From: Myxococcales bacterium
GTDB taxonomy: Bacteria; Myxococcota_A; Polyangia; Polyangiales; DASUME01
Direction: 5' to 3'
Assembly (NCBI GenBank): GCA_047601445.1
Contig: JASGJH010000001.1
Coordinates: 1,344,001-1,408,000 of the forward strand
Length of the DNA stretch: 64,000 nucleotides
Shown here: positions 47,588 through 57,844 of the stretch, piece after piece
How positions within the stretch are numbered: position 1 is the first letter of the stretch
How the letters are laid out: the number at the start of each line of letters is the position of its first letter
The notes under the pieces: model-generated
The model's database searches: none
The model's input: the letters and a program-made list of their open reading frames with translations, nothing else
Told to the model about the DNA's origin: nothing
Program-made: the position numbers and the translations under genes

Positions 47588-48032
47588 CGGAGCTCTCCTC
47601 GGATGCGTGATTCATGTCTTCTTTAGAAGACCACGTTAGCCCTGAATAGACACTTGGCACTTGCATGTCAAGATGGCGCTGCCTCAAGATTCTATTTTAG
47701 TGGACACGGTTACGGCTCGATGTACGCCCCGTAGTCGCGGGACTCGAAGGGTTCGAGGCGCAACACCGGTCCGGTCGAGGCTCGCAGCTCGCTCGGCAAA
47801 ACTCCGCTGGCCTCCTTCCCAGCGAACCAGCGCCCGCTCAAGGTGTTCGCGGCGAACAACCGAACGTTCGCCGTTACACAGTGAACAGTTCGCGCCTCGC
47901 GGGGACGCGCAGTAAACCCCGCATTTCTGCGGTCTCACGTGATGGATCGCCTTTTGCTGTGCGGCCTTTCGGCTGCGGAGTAGCTCGCGCAACGAGCTCA
48001 CCCAGCGAGGAGGCTTTCCCGTGATCTCGTTT

Positions 48033-48710
48033 ATGGCTCGTCCGCGTCTGTCCACCCTGTACCGGCGCCCGCTGTCGGCTCGGTTGCTCTTGACTCTCTG
48101 CTGCATCGCGGCTTCGATGCTGAGTGCCTGCGCGCACAGCGTTCGCCTGACGCGTGACCAGCGGAGCACGCTGCGCTCGGTGAGCGTGCGGACCGAGGTC
48201 AAGATGCCCGCGGGGATGTTCTATTCCGGGCAGAAGGACGCCCTGGTGCAGGGCATGCTGGGCCCCGTGGTCGGCGGAGTGGTGGGTTCCAAGATTGCGG
48301 ACAAGGCCGAAACTGCCTTGTTGCGCGTGATGCACGAGTCCGGCATCGACGTCGGCCAGCTCGCGCGCGAGCAGTTCCAGAGCGCACTCGACGGGTCGCG
48401 CTTGTTTGCGGCGGTCACGAGCGAGTCGAGCGACGCCGAGTTCGTGCTCACCGTCAACCTCTATGGTCTCGCGCAGAAGGGCGCCTTTGCGTCCGAGCTA
48501 CGCCCCATGCTCAACATCACCGGGACGTTGGTTCGGCCCGATGGCACGGTGCTCTGGAAGGACAGCGCCTATGTCACCAACATGAGCGGCGAGACGCATG
48601 GCAGTACGCTCAAAGAGTATCTCGAAGACCCCGAACGGCTGCGGCAGGCCTTTACCGATGCATCGAACCTGGTCGCCCGGGACCTCGTCGCCGAGATGGC
48701 GGGGAACTGA
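48033..48710 (+). CDS. Hypothetical lipoprotein
   Basis: Lipobox LSAC; Gly-zipper-like GMLGPVVGGVVG; VLWKD. Confidence 0.7.
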   Translation: MARPRLSTLYRRPLSARLLLTLCCIAASMLSACAHSVRLTRDQRSTLRSVSVRTEVKMPAGMFYSGQKDALVQGMLGPVVGGVVGSKIADKAETALLRVMHESGIDVGQLAREQFQSALDGSRLFAAVTSESSDAEFVLTVNLYGLAQKGAFASELRPMLNITGTLVRPDGTVLWKDSAYVTNMSGETHGSTLKEYLEDPERLRQAFTDASNLVARDLVAEMAGN

Positions 48711-48725
48711 GGGCGCCGATTCAGA

Positions 48726-49165
48726 CTAGCGTTTCGAATGCAGATACTCCGCGTGCTGGAACCACTGTTCGATCAGCGCTGGCTCGAACACCTCGGCGAA
48801 GCGCTCGGTATCTGCGTTCACGAGCAGAACGATGCCGACCGCGGTCGCCGGGTCGAAGTACATCAGGGAGGTAAAGCCGAAGTCGCTTCCGCTGTGTCCT
48901 GTGACGGTACGCCCCGTGTCCGTGAAGCCAGTCTCCCAGAACACGCCGGTGCCGACGCCATCTGAGTCGGTGGCGAGGGGTGCCAGCATCTTGCTCACGC
49001 TGTCTTCACGCAGAATGCGGCGCTCTTTGCCGCCGTGCGAACCAGGAATTGCGCCGCCATGCAGGATGGTGGACAAGAAGCGGCCCACGTCGTGGACGCT
49101 GCTGCGCAGGGCGCCGTCGGGCCACGTCGCGTCTTGATAGGCTGGCAACTTTGTGTTTGATCCAC
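48726..49165 (-). pseudogene. C-terminal fragment of a serine hydrolase (beta-lactamase-like)
   Basis: PDGALRSSVHDVGRFL, GHSGSDFG, GIVLLVN present; no SxxK or YxN region upstream. Confidence 0.65.
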
Positions 49166-49443
49166 TTGGGGTATTCACCCCAAGGAGCTCGCGACGTACG
49201 AACTCGCCACGCATGCATGAGCTAGCGTCGGGACGTGTTCGTCCTGCGAGCAGGGTCAGAGCGAACTGCATGGACGCCGCTGTGGTCCGACCGAGCCTCG
49301 CTGGGCCCCCAAAGAGGCCGTGTGGCACTTTGCCCCCCGTTCCGGGGAGAATTCGATACGGCTTTTGCGCCGCAAAAGGCTCGCCCCTCGGAGATCTCCT
49401 GGTATGACGCATGCTCGGCGGTGACTGCAACGCCATCCGCTCC

Positions 49444-50841
49444 ATGCGATCTCGTCGTTTCTCGGCTTGGCGAGCAGGCTCGTGCTTCGCCTCCCTGTAC
49501 CAGCCGTTGGTTCTGTTGGCCTTGATGCTGACGAGCGTCGGCGTGCGCGCGCAATCAGAGGGGCCCCAAAGCAGCCCTCCGCAGCAAGGTCCAGCGGAAG
49601 AGCTATCGGAGGACGAGAGCGGCGCGCCCCAGGAAGAACTAGAAACCCCGCCTCCCCCCGTTGAGTCGCCGCAGGGCAAGAAGGGCGAGCTCGCGGGTCT
49701 GCCTGTGATCGCGGGCAACGACACGTTTGGGTTCCTGGTCGGCGTGACCGGCACTTACACGCACTTCGCGCCGGACTACCGGCCGTTTCGCTTTCGCGGT
49801 CAGCTCACGGCCGTGACGTCCATTCAAGGTTCCGACGATGGCGTGCAGTTCCCTCTGCAGAATATCGATTTGCGCCTCGATTTTCCGGGACTGCGCGGCG
49901 GGCGGGTGCGCCTTTATACGCTCGTGCGTTACCAGCGCATTCTGGACATGGGCTACTGGGGACTAGGCAACGAGGCGCCGGGCAACATCCCCGCAGACTA
50001 CGAAGGGCCACGCGAGCGCTTCTTCCAGTACGAGAAGTGGCTCGGCGAAGGGCGCTTGTTCATGCGCTACAAGATGCGTCCGCATCTCGATCTCGTGGCG
50101 GGTCCGGGCGCGCGCCTGGTGAAGACCGGCGTGCTGCCAGACTCTCGCCTCGCGCGCGACCTGCGCGACGTGCCGGCCGCACGGGCTCTGCTCTACGGCA
50201 CCGGCACCATGCAGATTTACGACGCGCTGCTCGGCATCCTGGTGGACACCCGGGACGATGAGATCAATCCATCGAGCGGCAGCTATCACGAGCTCTCCGT
50301 GCGCGGCGGTGTCGGCCCTGCCAGCGACCGGCCGATTCACTACGGCTCGGTCACCGTCCACACGCGCTGGTTCTGGCCGCTCGCGGGCGAACGCCTCGTG
50401 TTTGGCGCACGCGCCATGGCTGATATTGGCTTCGGCGCCATGCCACTCATCGAGCTGGGAACCGTCGGCGGATACTTCAGTCACGCAGGACCGGCTGGAC
50501 TCGAAGCCAACCGCGGTCTGCCCTACGGACGCCAGCTCGGGCAGGTCAAGCTCCTGAACACGGCGGAGCTGCGCTCGACGTTCTATCACTTCTCGCTGTT
50601 CGGTCAGCAGCTAGCGCTCGGTGCTGCCACGTTCCTCGATGCAAGCCGTGTCTGGGCAAAACTGCCCGCCGTGCGCAGCCTCGACGGCGGACCCGTGATG
50701 CGCATTTCGGTGGGCGGAGGCCCGCGCGTGGTATGGGGCCGCGGTCTCGTGCTCCGCTTCGACGTCGGTTTTGCGCCCGGGGCTGGTGTGGATGGTCGCA
50801 ACAACGTGAGCACCACGTTGGACATGGATCACACGTTCTGA
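49444..50841 (+). CDS. Omp85/BamA-TamA family outer-membrane beta-barrel
   Basis: Signal peptide; DTRDDEINPSSG, NRGLPYGR, ELR, FLDASRVW, LRFDVG, terminal Phe. Confidence 0.85.
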   Translation: MRSRRFSAWRAGSCFASLYQPLVLLALMLTSVGVRAQSEGPQSSPPQQGPAEELSEDESGAPQEELETPPPPVESPQGKKGELAGLPVIAGNDTFGFLVGVTGTYTHFAPDYRPFRFRGQLTAVTSIQGSDDGVQFPLQNIDLRLDFPGLRGGRVRLYTLVRYQRILDMGYWGLGNEAPGNIPADYEGPRERFFQYEKWLGEGRLFMRYKMRPHLDLVAGPGARLVKTGVLPDSRLARDLRDVPAARALLYGTGTMQIYDALLGILVDTRDDEINPSSGSYHELSVRGGVGPASDRPIHYGSVTVHTRWFWPLAGERLVFGARAMADIGFGAMPLIELGTVGGYFSHAGPAGLEANRGLPYGRQLGQVKLLNTAELRSTFYHFSLFGQQLALGAATFLDASRVWAKLPAVRSLDGGPVMRISVGGGPRVVWGRGLVLRFDVGFAPGAGVDGRNNVSTTLDMDHTF

Positions 50842-51172
50842 TCCGTTCGGGAACCGGCGCGCAGGGCGCCAAAGTGTGAATGCTCGCTCACAGCGTGTGG
50901 TCAACCTGCCACCACAGTGGACGTCTCGAAGGTGCGTTCCGTATCCGTGAGGCGAAATTCCGCGCTTTCGCGGGCCCGTCCGTCGGGTGCCGGACGGCAT
51001 GGGCAATGCAGAGGCCTATCAGTGCAATCGCATGAGGAGGTCGTCATGGAACAGGCGCACCGTTCAACCATCCTGCTTCGCGTCGCGCATGGCATCGAGA
51101 TGCTGCCCAAGCTCGGGCTGGCCGGTGTGCATGCGGTCTTGATGACGCCGCGTGAGCGGGCGCTGGCGCTCA

Positions 51173-51535
51173 CTACACCCAGGCACAGCGGAACACGCAA
51201 CGCCGAGCGAAGCTGTGATTGCTGGCGACACGCACGGTGACCGACTTGCCTGGCGCCGAGCTTGAGCACCGAGGAGAGAAGGCCGCAGAACGCCGTGCGG
51301 AAATAGACGAAGCCGCAAAGGGGTAGCACCCGCATGTCTACAGTGCAGTCCTTGGGGCCCACCTTGAGCACCTCCATCGCACCGCCGAGCAGCAGGCGCT
51401 CACGCAGTCGATCGGACTGAGGCGCCACGATCCACGGATTGAGCCCCATAGTGCGGGCCCTGCGGACGATGGTCCCGATGAACGTCGCCTGGATGCGCTC
51501 CAGATCCCGCGAAAGCCGCTTATACCCCCTGCCAA
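51173..51535 (-). pseudogene. Truncated, frameshifted myxobacterial hypothetical protein
   Basis: ERIQATFIGTIVRR...KVGPKDC...YFRTAFCG then a frame change to KSVTVRV...CAWV*; no intact N-terminus. Confidence 0.5.
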
Positions 51536-51660
51536 TGTGCCTGAGCCGTCTTGTGCACCTCCCACTCGCACACGTCACGGGGCTGTCGCGGAAAGCTTGT
51601 TTGATCTCGGTTTGAGGTCGAACGAAGACTGCGTCCCCAAAACACCGGAGACGAGTCCCC

Positions 51661-54600
51661 ATGACCTCAAGCGTTCGGCGTGCCGTCGCGATTGTTGCGC
51701 GCGCAAGTGTCCTGTCCGTGACCTCGGGACTGCTGCTCAGTGCAGCGGGCTGCAGCGGCGAAGATGAAGCGGACCTCGAAGTGGCCGGTCTCGAGCAGGG
51801 TCTCGGCCAGGCCAACGCGAGCATTGTCATCAGCCAGGTTTATGGCGGCGGCGGCAACTCCGGAGCGACCTTCCGCAACGACTTCGTGGAGCTGTTCAAC
51901 CGCAGCCAGAGCGCGGTCACGCTGACTGACTGGTCGGTGCAATACGCCAGCAGCACGGGCACTGGAAACTTCTCCGCCAACGGCATCACCGTCATCAATG
52001 CCACGCTCCAGCCTGGCCAGTACTACCTGGTGCAGCTGGCCGGCGGCGCCAACGGCGCGGCCCTGCCCGCTGCGGACGCCACGGGCACGACGAACCTGAG
52101 CGGCACCGGCGGCAAGGTCATCCTGGCGAACACGCGGGTCGGCCTCGCCTGCAACGGAGCCAACAACCCATGCGGCGCGCTCGAAAGCAACATCGTGGAC
52201 CTGGTGGGCTGGGACGGAGCCAACTACTTCGAGGGCTCGGCGGCGCCCGCGACCACCAACCCGTCGGCGGTCCAGCGCAACGGGGGCGGCTGCGTGGATA
52301 CCAACAACAACGGCGCCGATTTCACGCTGGTGAATCCGCCCGTTCCCCACAATTCGGCTTCGACACCCGCAACCTGCTCGAGCAATACGCGCCCCGGCGT
52401 GGCCAGCACCCTGCCCTCCAATGGCGCCTCAGGCGTGGCGCAGGGCGCCGCATTGACCGTCAACTTCAGCGAGCCCGTGTCGGTCTCCGGCAGCTGGTTC
52501 GCCATCCAGTGCTCGCAGAGCGGAAGCGTGACCGCCACCGCGAGCGGGACGCTCGATAGTTACACGCTGACCCCGGCTGCTGCGTTCGCTACGGGCGAGA
52601 GCTGCACAGTGACCATCTTCGCTGCCTCGGTCCAGGACCAGGACGCGGGCGCCAACATGCAGAGCGACTACCAGTTTTTCTTCAGCATCGCGCTGCCGCT
52701 CACGGCCATCCGGGAGATCCAGGGCAGCACGCACCTGTCGCCGCTCAACGGACAGAACGTGCGGACGAGCGGCATCGTCACGGCGCGTGGCTCGAACGGC
52801 TACTGGCTGCAGGATCCGAGCCCCGATCAGGATGACGCGACCTCCGAGGGCATCTTCGTGTTCACGAGCTCCAGCCCCAGCGTGCAGGTGGGTGACGGCG
52901 TCGAGGTCTCTGGCCGCGTGAGCGAGTTCCGCCCCGGCTGCTCCGGGACGTGCGATGCCAGCAGCAGTGGCTACAGCAACCTGACCATCACGGAGCTCAC
53001 CTCCCCCACCACCCACGTAATCTCCAGCGGCAACCCCCTCCCCGCGCCGGTGGTCATCGGTGCCGGCGGCCGAGTCCCGCCCAGCGTGGTGATCGAAAAC
53101 GACGTGAGCGGAAACGTGGAGAGCGCCGCCAACACCTTCGACCCCGCCCAAGACGGCATCGACTTCTACGAGACCCTCGAGGGGATGCGCGTCCAGCTCA
53201 ACGACGCCGTGGTGGTCGGTCCGACCCACACCTTCAGCGCGGCCTCCAAGGAGACCTACGTGGTCGGTGACAACGGCGCCAACGCCGGCTTGCGCACCGC
53301 CCGCGGCGGCGTGGTGATCACGGACGCCGACAAGAACCCGGAGCGCCTGGTGCTCGACAACGGCGTGGTCTCCGCCATGCCCGACGCGAACGTGGGCGAT
53401 AGCTTCCCCGGTGCCATCGTGGGCGTGCTCGACTACGACTTCGCCAACTATCACTTGATGTACTCGCAAGCGCTTCCGGCGCTGTCGACGGGCGGCCTCG
53501 CGCGCGAGACGTTGTCCCTGCCGGTCGCCACGGCTACAGACCTGAACATTGCCGCCTTCAACGTCGAGAATCTGGATCCCAACGATCCCGCCTCCAAGTT
53601 CGCCGAGCTGGCCAGCATCCTGGTGAACTCGCTGCAGAGTCCGGACATCGTGGCTCTGGAGGAGATCCAGGACAACAACGGCGCCACGAACAACGGCGTG
53701 GTCGACGCAAGCGTCACCTTCACGCGCCTGATCCAGGCCGTGGCCGACGCAGGCGGGCCCGCCTACCAGTATCGCAGCATCAACCCGGTCGATGGGCAGG
53801 ACGGCGGCGAGCCTGGCGGCAACATCCGTGTGGGCTTCCTGTTCCGTACCGACCGCGGGGTCAGCTTCGTGGACCGCGGCGGCGCGGACTCCCTGACGGC
53901 CAACGCGGTGGTGAGCGAGGCCGGTGCGCCGAAGCTGGTCTACAGCCCCGGCCGCATCGATCCCACCAACAGCGCCTTCGCAAACAGCCGCAAGCCGCTC
54001 GCAGCCGAGTTCGTGTTCCAGGGTGCCACGCTGTTCGTGATCGCGAACCACTTCAACTCCAAGGGTGGCGATCAGCCGCTCTTCGGACGCTTCCAGCCGC
54101 CCGCGTTGAGCTCCGAGGTGCAGCGCCTCGCCCAAGCCAACGTGGTCGCGGACTTTGTCGAGCAGATCCTCGCGCTCGATGCCGACGCCAACGTGGTGGT
54201 GCTGGGCGACCTCAACGACTTCGAGTTCTCCGCTCCGGTGAACGTGCTGAAGAGCGCCGGGTTGACCACGCTCGTGGAGACCCTGCCTGCGCAGGAGCGC
54301 TACACGTACGTGTACGAAGGCAACTCCCAGGTCCTCGACCATGTCCTGGTCAGCAACCACGCGCTCTCCCGCACGGCCGGCTTCGACGTCGTCCATGTGA
54401 ACGCCGAGTTCGCCAGCCAGGCGAGCGATCACGACCCGGGCGTCGCCCGCTTGCGGCCCAACGCCATGGCGCCCGTGCTGATGGGACCCGGCAATCTGAG
54501 CGTGGAGGCCACGGGCCCCGCTGGCGCCCCTGTGGCGTTCGTGGTCACGGCCAACGACGATGTGGAAGGCGACGTCCCGGTGAGCTGCACGCCGGCATCG

Positions 54601-55299
54601 GGCTCGGTCTTCGGCTTCGGTACCACCAGCGTGAATTGCAGTGCCGCAGACACTGCCGGCAACGTGGGTCACACCAGCTTCACGGTCTCGGTTCATGACA
54701 CCACGGCCCCGCTGCTACTCAACGTGCCCGATCCCATCACAGCCTTCGCCACCAAGGGCAACGGCGCTGTCGTTTCCTACGGGCCGCCGAGCGCGAGCGA
54801 CCTGGTCGACGGCAACGTTCCCGTACCCTGCGCGCCGGCTTCGGGCAGCCGCTTCGCGCCCGGAACGACGCTGGTCTCCTGCAGCGCCCTGGACGCAGCC
54901 GGCAACTCATCCAGCGCTCAGTTCCCGGTTGTCGTCACCTTCTCGACGGCGCCGGGCAGCAGCCTGTTCGAGCAGCCCATCAACGCCGATGGCACCTCGG
55001 TCTTCAAGCTCGGGCGCACCGTGCCGGTCAAGTTCAGGCTCACCGGCCCGAGCGCCGGGGTCTCCGACTTGGTCGCGCGCTTGTTCGTGGCCAAGGTGAG
55101 CGACGGTGTGGAGGGCACGTTCGTGGAAGCCGACTCCACCAGCGCGGCCGACGACGGCAATACCTTCCGCTACGACTGCGGGGCCAAGCAGTACATCTTC
55201 AACCTGTCGACCAAGGCGCTCACCAAGGGCACCTGGGCGCTCAGCGCGGTGCTCGGAGACGGCGTGCTGCACAGCGTCCACGTGTCTTTCGTGAAGTGA
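51661..55299 (+). CDS. Extracellular nuclease lipoprotein: lamin-tail domain, Ig-like, OB-fold, EEP, 2x HYR, PxKF
   Basis: VISQVYGGGGN...DFVELFN; IREIQG; AFNVENL, NHFNSK, GDLND, LDH, SDHDP; GRTVPVKF. Confidence 0.9.
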   Translation: MTSSVRRAVAIVARASVLSVTSGLLLSAAGCSGEDEADLEVAGLEQGLGQANASIVISQVYGGGGNSGATFRNDFVELFNRSQSAVTLTDWSVQYASSTGTGNFSANGITVINATLQPGQYYLVQLAGGANGAALPAADATGTTNLSGTGGKVILANTRVGLACNGANNPCGALESNIVDLVGWDGANYFEGSAAPATTNPSAVQRNGGGCVDTNNNGADFTLVNPPVPHNSASTPATCSSNTRPGVASTLPSNGASGVAQGAALTVNFSEPVSVSGSWFAIQCSQSGSVTATASGTLDSYTLTPAAAFATGESCTVTIFAASVQDQDAGANMQSDYQFFFSIALPLTAIREIQGSTHLSPLNGQNVRTSGIVTARGSNGYWLQDPSPDQDDATSEGIFVFTSSSPSVQVGDGVEVSGRVSEFRPGCSGTCDASSSGYSNLTITELTSPTTHVISSGNPLPAPVVIGAGGRVPPSVVIENDVSGNVESAANTFDPAQDGIDFYETLEGMRVQLNDAVVVGPTHTFSAASKETYVVGDNGANAGLRTARGGVVITDADKNPERLVLDNGVVSAMPDANVGDSFPGAIVGVLDYDFANYHLMYSQALPALSTGGLARETLSLPVATATDLNIAAFNVENLDPNDPASKFAELASILVNSLQSPDIVALEEIQDNNGATNNGVVDASVTFTRLIQAVADAGGPAYQYRSINPVDGQDGGEPGGNIRVGFLFRTDRGVSFVDRGGADSLTANAVVSEAGAPKLVYSPGRIDPTNSAFANSRKPLAAEFVFQGATLFVIANHFNSKGGDQPLFGRFQPPALSSEVQRLAQANVVADFVEQILALDADANVVVLGDLNDFEFSAPVNVLKSAGLTTLVETLPAQERYTYVYEGNSQVLDHVLVSNHALSRTAGFDVVHVNAEFASQASDHDPGVARLRPNAMAPVLMGPGNLSVEATGPAGAPVAFVVTANDDVEGDVPVSCTPASGSVFGFGTTSVNCSAADTAGNVGHTSFTVSVHDTTAPLLLNVPDPITAFATKGNGAVVSYGPPSASDLVDGNVPVPCAPASGSRFAPGTTLVSCSALDAAGNSSSAQFPVVVTFSTAPGSSLFEQPINADGTSVFKLGRTVPVKFRLTGPSAGVSDLVARLFVAKVSDGVEGTFVEADSTSAADDGNTFRYDCGAKQYIFNLSTKALTKGTWALSAVLGDGVLHSVHVSFVK

Positions 55300-55309
55300 T
55301 GCGCTTGCG

Positions 55310-55849
55310 TCATCGCGCAGGGCTCTGCATGGCCTGACGCACCAGGCGCTCCAGCTCATCCTGCGCAGCGCCTTCCAGCGTGAGCAGCGTCTGATAGGGG
55401 TCCCCCTCGAGGCCGAGCACGCGGGCAAACGCGGGCTCGGTCTTGTGACCAGCGCGCTTCTCCGCGCGCACGCGGTCCCTGAGCGCATCGCCCCCCAACG
55501 CAAGCAGCCTGCCTTCCACGATCATGTGTCGAAAGCCGGCCTGTTGGTGCACGGGCACGCCTTGAGCGAACACTTCCACCGCAAAGCCTTGCCACTGAAA
55601 GCGCGTCACGCTGGCCTCCGGCTGCGTGTGGAGGCGCGAGCACTGGAACGGGACGCTCCAGAAGCCGTCGAGCAGGCGCTCGAGTTGGCGCTCGAAGGCC
55701 ACGAGATCGTGGGCGCAGCAGAGCACGTCGAGATCGCTGCTGGCCACCTGGACTCCCAGGGGAAACGTTCCCACCAGGATTGGCGAGTAAGCATCGAGCT
55801 CTCGAAAGAGCGTGGCCAGGACTTCGTGCTCCGAGGTGGTGTGGGACAT
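55310..55849 (-). CDS. DUF4269 family protein
   Basis: PILVGTFPLG...SDLDVLC, EVFAQ...RHMIVE, GHKTEPAFA..LGLEGDPY. Confidence 0.85.
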   Translation of the reverse strand: MSHTTSEHEVLATLFRELDAYSPILVGTFPLGVQVASSDLDVLCCAHDLVAFERQLERLLDGFWSVPFQCSRLHTQPEASVTRFQWQGFAVEVFAQGVPVHQQAGFRHMIVEGRLLALGGDALRDRVRAEKRAGHKTEPAFARVLGLEGDPYQTLLTLEGAAQDELERLVRQAMQSPAR

Positions 55850-55883
55850 GATGCCAAGACATAGCAGGCGCCGCGCCCCGAAT

Positions 55884-57695
55884 TCAGGCCGCACGTAGCA
55901 GCACCGCGACCTCGCTTCCGCCCTCGTCGCGCGCCCGCAGAGCGAGCCTTCCACCCATGCGCCGCAAGTGTTCCGCGACCAGGGTAAGCCCTAGCCCCAG
56001 GCCCAGTTCATTGGCGGTCCCAGGCGTGCTGTGCACACGCTCCCCCGCACGGATACGCTGCAGCAGCTCGCTTGGAAAACCCGGCCCCTCGTCTCGCACC
56101 GAGATCTCCACGTCCGGTCCCTCGCGCCGTGCCTCGACCTCGATGGTGGCTCCCGGCGGGGAGAATTTGATGGCGTTGGAGATCAGGTTCGCGAGCACCG
56201 AGTCGCGCAACAACTCCGGGGCAGCGAGGACCTGAAGCTCGGGCGCCAGCACCTTGAGCAGCAGGGACTTCTGTTGCAGTCGGTGACCGAAGACCTGCTC
56301 GATATCCCACAGGGCTTGCTGCACCGAGGTCGCCACCACGCGGTCCGTGGGGACGGGCTCGCTGCGCTCCAGAACGTGCAACACCGCGCTCACCAGGGCC
56401 ACCAAGCGCTCCTGGAGTCCGCGCAACAGCTGCACGTCGGTGAGAGCCACGGAACCCTTCTTCTCGCACAGGGTCACCACCATACCCTGGGCCTGCACGA
56501 GGTTGGCGACATCGTGAAACAGCGTTCCGCACACGCGCCCGCGAAACACGTCCAGGCGTCGCAGCTCCCTGGCTCGCTCCTCGACCGCGAGCAAGCTCGC
56601 GCGCACGCGGTCTTCGAACAGGTACCACGCGAGCTGGAGCCCCGCTCCACAGAGGCCCACCGCTGCCAGGTGCAGCGCGCCGTCGAGCCGGTCGGCCGCC
56701 CCCATCCAGCCGATGAAAGTGATGGTGCTGAAGTTGATCAAGGCAAACCCACCGTGCATCCAGAGGCCACCGATCAAGGCCGGTGCGTAGGCCAAGGTCG
56801 GCACCAAGATCAGGTTCGGTGGTGGCTGCGAGAAGCCCCAGTAGCCGAAGGCGGCGCAGATGCTCAACGCCGCCACGAGCCAGACCGCGACGATGACGGG
56901 AACGTAGTCGCGCGGGCGCATGACCAGGAAGGCCCCTGCGACCACGTCGCAAACGAGCACCACCAGTGTAGGCACCAGCGCGCCGCGTGCCGTGAACAGG
57001 ACGCGCAAGAGGATATAGGTGGTGTGCCCTACCGAGATCCAGGTAAGCCAGTGAGCGAGGCGCAGGTTGAAGTTGGGCAACGTGTCGCGTCGGACATCCT
57101 CGGCCGAAGAGTCGGGCTGCAGCGCGACCCGTGCCGAGGTCAGGACTTGCTCGAGCTGCTGCTGTTGCTCCCGCAGGGTGGGCAGCGAACCCGCCGCAGG
57201 TTCCGCCGCGCGCTGCATAGACTGCACGGCGCGGCCCACGGCGCTCTGCAGCGCGGATGTGAGTTGAGCTCGCTCGGTGAGGCGCGCCTCGATGCGCGCT
57301 TGCTGCGTGGCGAGCCGGCGCTCGAGCGCGCGCTGGATGCTGCCGTGACCCAGCGTGAACAGCTCGCTCACGCAGATCACACCGGCCAGGTTGAAGCGCA
57401 GCGCGAGCTCACGCGGCCCCACCACAGGATGGGTGCCGAAGAAGAACAACAAGAGACCGAAGGCCAGGAAGAACGCGAGGTGCGTCTTGCGGCGGTCCCC
57501 CAACACACTCTGCATCGGCGAACACAGCGGCAACAGCAGGAGCGCCGGAGGGACCTGAGTGCCGGGCCCGAGAAAGCTCGCGGAACCGAGCGTGCCGAGG
57601 AAGCTGATTAGCCATAGGAGGGCATGCCGCTCGCCATGAGCGCGCACTCGCCACGCGAAGGAACGCAGCCCCGACTGCACCCTCTCCAGAGTCAC
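55884..57695 (-). CDS. Membrane sensor histidine kinase (orphan in this window)
   Basis: Multiple TM helices; FHDVAN H-box, NLISNAIKF, DEGPG, GLGLGL; start inferred. Confidence 0.85.
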   Translation of the reverse strand: MTLERVQSGLRSFAWRVRAHGERHALLWLISFLGTLGSASFLGPGTQVPPALLLLPLCSPMQSVLGDRRKTHLAFFLAFGLLLFFFGTHPVVGPRELALRFNLAGVICVSELFTLGHGSIQRALERRLATQQARIEARLTERAQLTSALQSAVGRAVQSMQRAAEPAAGSLPTLREQQQQLEQVLTSARVALQPDSSAEDVRRDTLPNFNLRLAHWLTWISVGHTTYILLRVLFTARGALVPTLVVLVCDVVAGAFLVMRPRDYVPVIVAVWLVAALSICAAFGYWGFSQPPPNLILVPTLAYAPALIGGLWMHGGFALINFSTITFIGWMGAADRLDGALHLAAVGLCGAGLQLAWYLFEDRVRASLLAVEERARELRRLDVFRGRVCGTLFHDVANLVQAQGMVVTLCEKKGSVALTDVQLLRGLQERLVALVSAVLHVLERSEPVPTDRVVATSVQQALWDIEQVFGHRLQQKSLLLKVLAPELQVLAAPELLRDSVLANLISNAIKFSPPGATIEVEARREGPDVEISVRDEGPGFPSELLQRIRAGERVHSTPGTANELGLGLGLTLVAEHLRRMGGRLALRARDEGGSEVAVLLRAA

Positions 57696-57844
57696 AAGTT
57701 CAGTGTACCTTCGGCGCTGGCGCACGGCCGAGCAGTGCTCGGCCTGGATGCATGCCACCTGGCGTGCGAACCCGTGACAACCTCGAGCGGCTCTCGGCGC
57801 GCTCTTGCCACCGCGTGCCCTCGTGGCCGAGGTTGCCCATGCGT

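Noticed and set aside
47654..47670. Sigma54 promoter at TTGGCACTTGCA
   Set aside because: GG-to-GC spacing does not fit -24/-12, and it is on the strand opposite the adjacent operon
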